Source: Mobula hypostoma (lineage: Eukaryota). From it: a DNA stretch of 64,000 bases. The translations under genes were made by a program, and so were the position numbers. The notes under the pieces were generated by a model. That model had not been told where the DNA came from. It ran no database searches and saw nothing but the letters and a program-made list of their open reading frames with translations. The stretch spans positions 122,762,001 to 122,826,000 of the forward strand of contig NC_086097.1 of assembly GCF_963921235.1 (NCBI RefSeq), read 5' to 3'. Positions 24,187 to 34,029 of this stretch are shown one piece after another. Numbering within the stretch: position 1 is the first letter of the stretch; the number at the start of each line of letters is the position of its first letter.

Positions 24187-24352
24187 ACAGTGCAAACATG
24201 AGGAAATCTGCAGATGCTGGAAATTCAAGCAACACACACAACATGCTGGTGGAATGCAGCAGGCCAGGCAGCATCTATTGGAATAGGTACAGTCACCTCT
24301 GTACCTCTTCCAATAGATGCTGCCTGGCCTGCTGCGTTCCACCAGCATTTTG
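24187..24352. repeat. Fold-back Penelope pLTR: 50-bp inverted repeat with 6-bp spacer
   Basis: Arms 24243-24292 and 24299-24348, 2 mismatches. Confidence 0.9.
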
Positions 24353-24779
24353 CAGTACCTAACAATGCCAGAGTCTCTGAAGGTGAGTTTATGGGCTGTG
24401 AAGTCAGTTCGGTGCTGAGGGACAAAGTCATCCACACTGGTCCAGGAGCCCGATGGGTGTAGGGCAACAAATGTTCCCGAACCTGGTGATGTGTGACCCA
24501 AGACTCCTGCACTTCCCACCCAATAGTAGTGGCAAGAAGAGAAGGGGTTGGGTCAAACACAGGCAGATGGGATGGGCTCAGGTGGGGGATCTTGGCTGGC
24601 ACCTACAGTTTCTCAAACAAAGAGCAGTAACCGCATTAATTAGGCCATGCAGTGCATTGCACACTGCACTACACCTGTTGATGCAGCACAGAACCTGCAG
24701 TGACAGAGCTGCAAAAAGGAACAAAGTTCAGAACTGCTGCTAAGTGTTTCTTTTGTTTTTCACACTATCGTTCGTAAAT

Positions 24780-24932
24780 TCTAGAGACTGCTGTGTGCGA
24801 AAATCCCAGGAGATTTTGACCATGTCTGCATGCTCTTATGCATTGAGTTGCTGTCACATGATTGGCTGATCAGATATTTGCATTAATGAGCAAATGTACA
24901 GGTGTACCCAATAAAGTGGCCACTGAGTGTAT
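24780..24932 (+). mobile_element. Tc1-like right end (TIR)
   Basis: ggtgtacccaataaagtggccactgagtgTA is the reverse complement of the TIR at 13507. Confidence 0.75.
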
Positions 24933-25009
24933 GTTGACCTTCCTTAAAGAAAAATCCTAGTCATCATCAAGGGAACCAATTTTTACTTTGACTTGGGTAG
25001 GAGTAGGGA

Positions 25010-25320
25010 TTAAAGTGATTAGCTTTATTTGTTACATGTACATTGAAACATCAAACATGCAGCGAAATGCATTGGTTGTATCAAATCAAATCAGTGGGGG
25101 TTGTGCTGTAAGTCTTGCCATCTTTCCTGTGCCAACACACCATGCCCGCGACTCACTAACCCTAATTGCAAGTCTTTGGAAAATGGGAGGAAGTTGGAAC
25201 CCCACGTGGTCACAGGAAGAAGGCACAGCTCCTTACGTGCCGTGATGGAAATTGAACCCTGCTTGGTGATCACAGGCACTGCAGTAGCATGGCGCTAACC
25301 ATTCCGCTCATCATGCTGCC
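25010..25320 (-). mobile_element. V-SINE variant with Rex1-like tail
   Basis: Antisense tRNA head (gaaattgaaccc; gcgctaacc), V-domain remnant, tail gattagctttatttgttacatgtac. Confidence 0.55.
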
Positions 25321-25519
25321 CTCTGATATAAACCAACCCAAAGCAAAGTTCTGCAGACACCTGAAATCAGAGAAAAAAACTATGGGGAATACTTAGCAGG
25401 GAGAAAAGCATGGCTACATTTAGTGTCAAACCGTTCATGAAAGTAGATCCACCATTTGAATTTTACTGCAAATACTGCATGACTCATTTCCAAAATACCA
25501 TTCAACTGGAACTGGATTT

Positions 25520-26140
25520 CAGATGTAATGGAGTCATGTAGCACTATAGCACTGAGAAAGGCCCTTCTAATCCATGCTATTCTCTTATATTGCCTTGACC
25601 CATCAACCCTCATCTGGACCTTAGCCTTCCATACCCCTCCTATCCGTTTACTTCTCAAACTTTCTCTTAAGTGATGAAATTGAGCCCGCGTCCACCTATT
25701 CTGCCAGCAGTTCATTTCATACTCTCACCCCTCTCTGAATGAAGAACACACCCCCTCAGGTTTCCCCTTAAATATTTCACCTTTCTCCCTCAATCTGTGA
25801 CTTCTAGTTCTGGTTTCAACCAACTTCGGTGGAAAAATCCTGCTTGCATTTACCCCACATAATTTTGTATCATTATTATCATTATGTGCCGTGTTGTATG
25901 AATTGGGCAATCACGGTCTATGACCATAATTGTTCTTAGCAAAATTTTTTTACAGAACTGGTTTGCCACCGCCTTCTTCTGGGCAATGTCTTTACAAGTC
26001 AGGTGACCCTAGTGGCCTAAACCCCAGTAGGACTTCAGAAGAAGAACGTCTTATACAACTTCAACATAACATCCCAAATCCTGTACTTAATACTTTGGTG
26101 CAATGTGACAAAAGCTCTCTTTACGACCCTATCTATCTGT
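25520..26140 (-). mobile_element. CR1 3' fragment with an RTE-like tail inserted at ~25865-26020
   Basis: TRTRSHRLREKG; antisense gaagaaggcggtggcaaaccagttctgta resembles the SINE tail at ~41430. Confidence 0.5.
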
Positions 26141-26484
26141 AGCACTGAAGTATCGGTTTCCAGCATAATGGGTTTCATTATGTGTGATTTTGACCCTGCA
26201 AATATCTCCATAGAGAAAGCAAAATAACTTAGCTATTTTTTTACTGCAAGTGCTGAGTGCCTTTCAAAGTTTTGTCCTCTATCAATACTTTGGGGGCTCC
26301 CATTGTTCAGAAACTGAGCTGGAGTAGTCATATGCACAATTTGGCTTCAAGAGTAATCAGAGAGTGGGACTTCTATGGAGTATAACTCACTTCCTGACTC
26401 TCCAAAACCAGTCCACCACCTGCAAGGCTCAAGTCAAGAGTGTGATGGGATACACATACCTGAGTTTGTGCAGCTTTAAATTAA

Positions 26485-27330
26485 CTCAGAAGCAGACTTA
26501 TTTGCCGCATGTACACTGTGAAATGCATTGTTTGTGTTAATCACCAGCTCACCCAAGGTTGGGGAGTGGGGGTCAGCCCACAAGTGTCACCTTACATTCC
26601 ATCGCCAGCGAAGCAATGCTTAGTAGAACAACACAGAACACAACAAGCAACAAAACAACAAAAGCAAAAGAAGCCCTGCTCCTTCCTTCCAAAGGCACAC
26701 GCACGCCCAGCACATGTCATCGTCAGCCTCCAGCCTCCGGCGGGCCCACACTCACAGACATTGTGCCTTCAACATCCCTAGCAGACTCTCAGAAATTCAC
26801 AGGCTTGGGGCTCCAGCCATCGGCTAGACCTCAGAACTTCTAATTGACCTATGGGCTTCGATCTTCAACATCTACCCAAGCATTCACCAAGGACAACGAA
26901 TGAAGACCGTGGATGAGGACTTAATTCAAGGCCTTGAAATCCAAGCTTGCTGATGACAGGACCCTGAACGCTAGGCCGTGAACTTCAGTCACATCGACCC
27001 ACCTATGTAGGAGATCACCAGACCTCATGCTTCCTGCTCACACAAATCTTTAATCCCAGAAACATCTGATGATTCACTGGCCTGATTGTTCACCAGCCTT
27101 CATCCTCACTGGTCTGCTCTGATTGACGTCCAATCAGCAATGTCTTTTGTCTCACATCCAAGTCTTCAGACTTCGAACATGGAGCAGAGGCCTAGGTTCT
27201 GCCCTGACTTCTAACTACCCCATAATCCTGTCCCTAAACCATAACCTGACCCCCGAGCACCACTCCCTGTCCCCAAAGCTATCCCTTTAACAAGCCACAG
27301 GAAGCTCAAGCATGAGGGACATAGCAGCCA
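26485..27330 (-). mobile_element. Non-coding retroposon, inverted copy of the 27485 family
   Basis: Reverse complement of blocks in 27485-28195 and 50555-51350 (cctgtccctaaacc vs ggtttagggacgggg). Confidence 0.6.
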
Positions 27331-27484
27331 TCATTTCATAGGCACTTATCCACAACCAGTTACTGACTTCATCACTAATACACAGTAGCAGCAATTTTAT
27401 GTAATCCCACCAGCAGAATGCACAATAGCAACTTGGCAAGACTGATTAGATGCTACCTTCTAAAGCCACAACCTTTGTTTATTT

Positions 27485-28195
27485 CAAGATGGCACACAGA
27501 CGCAATCTCTGTCGAGATCGCAGTTCAGACTTAGTTGTTTTATAAGTTTATAGGGGACAGTGATGTGGGGAAGTTGGAAGTCAGGTTAGGGTTTAGGGAC
27601 GGGGATATGGAGGAGTTAGAGGTCAGACTTCAGCTCTGCATTCCATATTCAAAGTTGAGCAAAAAGGACAGGCGACAAAGGACAATTGCAGTCTAGGCCT
27701 CCACTCTGCTCTCAAAGGAGAGTGACAAGGTCGGGCGGTGAAGGAAATCCGCAGTCTAGGCTCTGCTCTGCTCTCGAAAGCCTTGCAAGCAGGAGGCATG
27801 ATGGCCAGTTAGTCGACACACCCAGAGTTCACCTGCAGTTTGGGGTCGCATCATCGGCTAGTCTAAGGATCGATACCAAGGAATGGAGGAATGCTTGATC
27901 GGAAGTTCAGAAATCAAAGCCTGATGGCTGAAACCTGGACACTGGAGGCTGGAGGCCCAGGGACCTGTCCTGGAGTTGGAGGACTGTGTGTGGGAGGGAA
28001 GATAGGGGCCTGATGTGCCATTGCTGTTTTGTTGTTTGCTGTGTTCTGTGTTGTTTGCTGAGCAAGGCAGGCATGCTACGTTGGCGCTGGAATGTGTGGT
28101 ACACTTGCAAGCTGCCCCAGCACATCCTTCGGTTTTGCTGGTTGTTAACACAAATGGCACATTTCACTGCATATGTGATAAATAAGCCTGAATGT
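27485..28195 (+). mobile_element. Non-coding retroposon starting caagatggc
   Basis: Colinear with 50555-51350; catttcactg...gtgataaataa tail. Confidence 0.65.
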
Positions 28196-28871
28196 GAACA
28201 CCACTTCCAGCTTGAAGGACAAGGGCAGCAAAGTTATAGGAATGCTGTCCCCAAGCCACATATCATCCAAACTGAGGGATGCATCGTCTTTCTTTCAATG
28301 TCTCTGGGTCAGAATCCTGGAACTCTCTCCCTTGTGGGTCCCACACCTCACAGACGGCAGTAGTTCAAGAGGTACCTCATCACCACCTTCTCAAGGGCAA
28401 TGAGGAATGGCCAACTAAATGCTGGCTCAACCTACAATGCACACATCCCTTGAATAAATATAGAAAAATATTGTGGCAGATCATCCGCCATCCACGGTAA
28501 ATTTCAATAAATGTTGGAATCTTTGTTGTGGAACAAATTCTTACCCTCCACTATTGTAAATATACAGCATTACTTTGCACTGTTGTGTTTGAAATGCTGG
28601 TCAATGGGACTAGGCAGAATAATGGTTCAGTACAGGTAGATGGGCTGAAGGGCCTATATCCATGCATAGCGCTCTGTCTCTCTACGTCTCACCGCCTGGT
28701 ATGGGAAATGCAATACATCAGATCTGTAGACCCGGCAATGAAGAGTGAGGACTGCCAAAAGCATCATCAGGGTCTTTCTCCGACCCATTCTGTATCAGAG
28801 GTGCTGCATATGTAGTGCTTCCAGCATTGTCAAAGATACTTCCCATCCCTCCCACAATCACTTTGACCTCA

Positions 28872-29292
28872 ACATAAAAACATAGAAACATAGAAAATAG
28901 GTGCAGGAGTAGGCCATTTGGCCCTTCGAGCCTACACCGCCATTCAGTATGATCATGGCTGATCATCCAACTCAGAACCCTGTACCTGCCTTCTCTCCAT
29001 ACCCGCTGATCCCTTTAGCCACAAGAGCCATATCTAACTCCCTCTTAAATATAGCCAATGTACTGGCCTCAACTGTTTCCTGTGGCGGAGAATTCCACAG
29101 ATTCACCACTCTCTGTGTGAATAAGTTTATCCTCATCTCGGTCCTAAAAGGCTTCCCCTTTATCCTCAAACTGTGACCCCTCATTCTGGACTTCCCCAAC
29201 ATCAGGAACAATCTTCCTGCATCTAACCTGTCCAATCTCTTTAGAATTTTATATGTTTCAATAAGATGCCCCCTCAATCTTCTAAATTCCAG
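28872..29292 (-). mobile_element. CR1 subfamily-A-related 3' end inserted in an old Rex1 3' region
   Basis: ORF 28972-29277 closely matches the C-terminus of 5692-6975; (catagaaa)n tail. Confidence 0.9.
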
Positions 29293-29829
29293 AACTGTAA
29301 TGTTGGGTAACAGCTTCCTCCCCCAGGATGTCAGACTTCTGACTTGTTAACACCTTGCTGCTCCACTCCCTGACTCACAGGCACACTGTCATCCTGCACC
29401 AGTCACTTTGTACATTTTCTCATCGTTTATTGCTTCTTTAGTTGTGGTTTGGAATGGAAACACTTATGTCCTTTTATGGAAAAGCGTAGAGAAAGTAACA
29501 GACACGGCCAGTCCATCATGTGTGAGACCTCCCCACCATTGAACGCTGTTGCAGAAATGCAGCATCCATCATCAAGGACCTCCACTATCCAGACCATGCT
29601 CCCTTCTCACTGCTGCCATCAGGAAGAAGGTTCAGGAACATCAGGACCCACACCAGTTACTGCCCCTCAACCATCAGGCTCTTGAACCAGAGGGAATAAT
29701 TTCACTCAACGTCACTCAATCCATCACTAAACTGTTTCCACAATCTATGGACTCACTTTAAAGGACTCTTTATCTCATGTTCTCGATACTTATTGCTTAT
29801 TTATTATTATAATTACTGTATTTTTATTT

Positions 29830-30545
29830 TTTCTCAGCTCTTTCAGTTCTTATTTTTCTTCGTAAATTTTCCAGATCGGTTCTGGATTAAGATATTATGC
29901 TCAAACAACATATTGATATGGGTATGGCCAAAGTGTTTATTGCTTTTGTTATATTTTTACTATTGAACTCTGGCAGATTTTCTTAAGCCTTGAAATAAAT
30001 CCTGTTGGAAGATTTCCCTTTACCACACTATGATCTATTTTGTTTGCTTACTGATATCCCCGATACTGATATGTTTGATATTCATCCATCAGTGGTACTG
30101 TATCCTGCTGCTCTGTTTTATATTCCACTAGCTTTATTGCACCTTTCTTTATGTTTAATGTTAGGCACTTATCAAGTCCAAAGTTCATGTTTTTATCTTT
30201 AGAAAATAGTTCTACTATTTGAATGAATTGTTTTAGCTTTACTGATGAAGGAGCATATAATTTCAAATTGTCCATGTACAGAAGCTGTGTCAAGGCATAA
30301 TTAATTTGGCTTTCTCTGTCTGATACCCTTTTTTCATCCGGTTCAGTAAATTAGAGAGTGGGTTTAAAGCTGGACAAATCCATAGTGGGATTAGAGAGTT
30401 GCCATGGAAAATGCCTCGGTTTATTTTGACAACAGTGGCTGTTCTTTTTTGGTTGTTAATAGATAGGGAGATGGTAGTACGTCAATACTTCACCAGATGT
30501 TGTAGGACTTTCACAAGTATTGTGTGTAGTTTATATAGATGTAAG
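29830..30545 (-). mobile_element. R4/Dong-clade non-LTR retrotransposon RT fragment
   Basis: Antisense RGIFHGNSLIPLWICPALNPLS, QLLYMDNLKLYA...MNFGLDKC and KAINTLAIP match R4/Dong motifs (QGDSLSPLWF.LALNPL, LYMDDLKL, FGLDKC). Confidence 0.75.
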
Positions 30546-30549
30546 CATT

Positions 30550-31215
30550 CTGCAGGTTGCTCAGGAGTGGAAAATGGATGTGGACTTGGAAAAAAAGCTT
30601 GTGTTTCCCCCAGACATTCTGGCTACAACACTCCGGCCAGACATGGTCCTGTGGTCCACAACAGCCAAGCTGGCATATGTTGTGGAATTGACAGTACCAT
30701 GGGAAGATGGTGTCGAAGAAGCTTATGAGAGGAAAAAGACCAAGTACTCTGAATTGGCAACTGAAGCTGCCCAGAATGGCTGGAAGACCAAGATTTTCCC
30801 TGTAGAAGTGGATGCAGGCGATTCCTTGCTACATCTACGACCAGTCTATTGAAGAAGATGGGGGTGAGGGGTCACTCCCTCCAACAAGCAATCAAGTCCT
30901 TGTCAAACACAGCAGAAGAAAGCAGCAATTGGATTTGGATTAAAAGGGAAGACAACAACTGGGCTGCAAGATGAAGACAGGAGGGTATGGATCTGACCGG
31001 GGTGTATCTGTGGCACCAGGTAGCACTGTTGAGCCCTCTGGAGACGTCGTGGGCTTATCAATAAAACATCAAAGGAGGAGGGTGCCCACCTGATGACCCT
31101 GATGACGTACCTACTCTCCCTCCTTGTCACCACTCCAAGCCCACTGCCAACATCGACAGTGCCGACTTACCATAGGGATTGAAACATCAAGTCCTAGTAG
31201 CTCTGCTACTTAAGA
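30550..31215 (+). mobile_element. HERO-clade non-LTR retrotransposon 3' end (restriction-like endonuclease and 3' UTR)
   Basis: LRPDMVLWS...VELTVPWE...AYERKKTKY...GW...PVEV; after a frameshift AEESSNWIWIKR. Confidence 0.8.
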
Positions 31216-32634
31216 GCTTCTAATAACTATGAGTGTGGGACAGAAACAAATGCTTTTTGGTAGTCAATAAGACTACATGTAAGATTTCAGCTTTTCTGCC
31301 AGGCTTAATTTATAGTTACAGAATTTATTATCAGTTGTTCTTTACATCATTTCATAACCTTATGACATCCTTTCTGCTCTTCTGTAGGTACTATATACTG
31401 TGGTTATCTAAGTGATTCTGATTATCCTCTGCTCATTCACGTTTCTCTAAGGTCGGATATGGTCTTTCATTGACTCTATTCTGTTTCTTGTACTTGCTGC
31501 AACGATTGCCCACAAGAAAATGAATCTCAAGGTTCTATGTGGTGACATATATGTACTTTGATAGTAAACTTTCTTTGAAATTGAAGCTTTGATTTTTACA
31601 ACTGCTTGTATTATTATAATACTGCCAGTAACATTATACTGTCTTACATAAACATACCCTCACACTTTATGTCAACCTATCATTCTTCAGGCCATGCCAC
31701 TCGGGGACTTGTGCTGATATTATTTTGTAACTGTATGTGCTGGATTGTAACTATATGTCTTGTGGGTGACTGGATGTACTGTGTTTGGTATCTTGGCCCC
31801 AGAGGAACGATGTTATTTTTGTATACATGTGTATGGTTGACTGACAATAAATTTGAACTTGACTTGGCTCTATAACTTCATACAACAGCATAAGAAGCAC
31901 ACTAATGAAAATTTTTAAAAAACTCTATCCCAATAGTGAGATAAAATCTTGAAATCTCTTTGCCTTATTATCTTTGTAAGCGCAACAATTGTATAACATA
32001 GATCATGTATTGCAATGATTCGCGTGAGGTATCTGGTTTTTTGCATGCATTCCTGGTTCAGGCAATGTCAGGCAATGCACCAATGCTTAATGGTAGATGC
32101 CAATTCTGAATTGACTGTAGATAAAATGTAATTTCCTTTTGAAATGGAAGTGAAGACATTAAGATGAGCCTCAACATATTAACAGCATCAGAAATGAATG
32201 GTTATGTTAATTGATGAAATAGACTCTCTTCTGTATTTCTGCCTGGTGATTTATATGAACGATTACATACTTATCTGAAGATCTTTGCAAAATCAATATT
32301 GATTTTAAGTAATCTTCTAAGATAAACAAACTATGATTAAGGTTTCGTCTATTGCTCATTTTCTGCATGAATATTGATGGAGGATAAGATTTGACATAGT
32401 GAAATTGCAATTAGAAATAAATATACAATCAACATTTTTATAAGCAGTTAATGAATTCCCCATAAAAAGAAACAATTCTAAATGATGCCTTTAAATTCTT
32501 CTTTTTATAACTCTGAACTAGCGGCTGAGGCTTCCATTCTCGGGTAATATCAGAATTAGAATCAGAAGCAAGTTTCTTATTGCTGATGTATGTTGTGGAA
32601 TTTGTTGTTTTGTTGTAGCAGTGCAGAGCACTGC

Positions 32635-32890
32635 CACAAGAACAAAAGACATGGGAGCAACATGAGGCCATTTGGCCCATCGAGTCTGCTCTACCATTCC
32701 ATCACGGCTGATTTATTATCCTTCTCAACCCCATTCTCCTGCCTTCTTCTGTAACCCTTGACACCTTTATCAATCAAGAACCTATCAAACTCTGCTTTAA
32801 ATATACCCAATGACTTGGCCTCCACAGCCTTCTGTGTCAATGAATCCCACAGATTCACCACTCTCGGGCTAAAGAAACTCTTCTTCATTT
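32635..32890 (-). mobile_element. CR1 3' end nested in a Rex1-type tail
   Basis: FFSPRVVNLWDSL; 3' hairpin and tail. Confidence 0.75.
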
Positions 32891-33449
32891 CTCGTTCTAC
32901 AATGCATTAAAAATACATCAAATTACAGTAAGAAACATATATAGAAATTAAATAAGTTGTGCAAAAGTAGTGAGGTAGCTTTAAAAGAAAAGGTATTCAA
33001 ATGAACTTGAGGCAAAAGACTCAGATGACACTTTTTGTCTATAAGGAGAAGAACAACTTAAGCAAAAAACTTGGGGTAGAAGTTCAGTGCTGGTGAAAAG
33101 CCTCTTGCACCTTCTCTCAACATTTGATTCCTTTACAATCATTTCCTTCTCTTTACATTTATATAGTGCCTTATATAAGGCCACTTGCTACCGTTAAAGA
33201 GGGGGTACAGGAACTTGAAGACACAGAATTAATGTTTCAGGAACAGCTTCTTCCCCTCTGCTTTCTGAATAGTCAATGAACCCATGAATACTTCCTCAGT
33301 ATTTTCCCCTTTCTTTTTGCGTTTAATTTAATCTTTTTATATATACTTCTTACTGTAATTTATAGTGTTTCTTATTATGTATTGCAATGACACAACAAAT
33401 TTCACAACATATGCCAGAGATATTATACCTCATTCTAGTTATACTATAA

Positions 33450-33932
33450 ACCTGCTTATTAATGCAAATTTTTAATCAGCCAATGCACAAAAGCATGAAG
33501 ACATGCTCAAGAGGTTCAGACCAAACGTCAGAATGGGGAAGAAAAGTGATCCAATTGACTTTGATGGTGGAATGATCATTGGTACCAGAAGGGGTGGTCT
33601 GTATATCTCTGAAACTCCTGATCTCCTGGAATTTTCATGTACAACAGTGTCTAGAGTTTATGGAGAATGATATGAAATAAAAAGTATCCATTGTGTGGCA
33701 GTTCCATGGGTGAAAATGTCTTGTCAGAGGAGAATAGCCCAGACTGGTTCAAGTCGACAGGATGGTGACAGTAACTCAAATAACTATGCATTACAACAGT
33801 GGTGTGCAGAAGAGCATTTCTGAATGCACAACATGTTGAACCTTCAGGTGGATGGGCTACGGCAGCAGAAGACCACGAACATACACTCAGTGGCCACTTT
33901 ATTGGGTACCAATTAAAGTGGCAACTAAGTGT
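33450..33932 (+). mobile_element. Tc1-like remnant ending in paired TIRs
   Basis: Homologous to 13507-14010 (MGKKSDPIDFDGGMIIG); imperfect palindrome at 33883-33932. Confidence 0.7.
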
Positions 33933-34029
33933 TGGTCATTGATTCTGATTCTGAATCAGGAACAGAACGTACCATAAATGACTCCTTCTCAATAAGATTA
34001 TGTAACTTGTGATCGCTCTTGACTCCCGT

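Larger units (their letters stand above)
26290..28460 (+). mobile_element. Old CR1/L2-group LINE 3' region, interrupted twice
   Basis: QSTTCKAQVKSVMG (cf. LSTIYKAQVRSVME); 3' end caccaccttctcaagggcaa...aaatgctggc...cacatcccttgaataaat. Confidence 0.55.

Noticed and set aside
24640..24730. Minus-strand acceptor tttgttcctttttgcag
   Set aside because: No convincing donor or coding signal downstream.
27580..27600. Telomere-like gttagggtttaggg
   Set aside because: Only two imperfect units, and an internal part of an interspersed family.
33169..33180. CCTTATATAAGG palindrome resembling a CArG box
   Set aside because: Has 8 rather than 6 A/T bases; short motifs like this are expected by chance.
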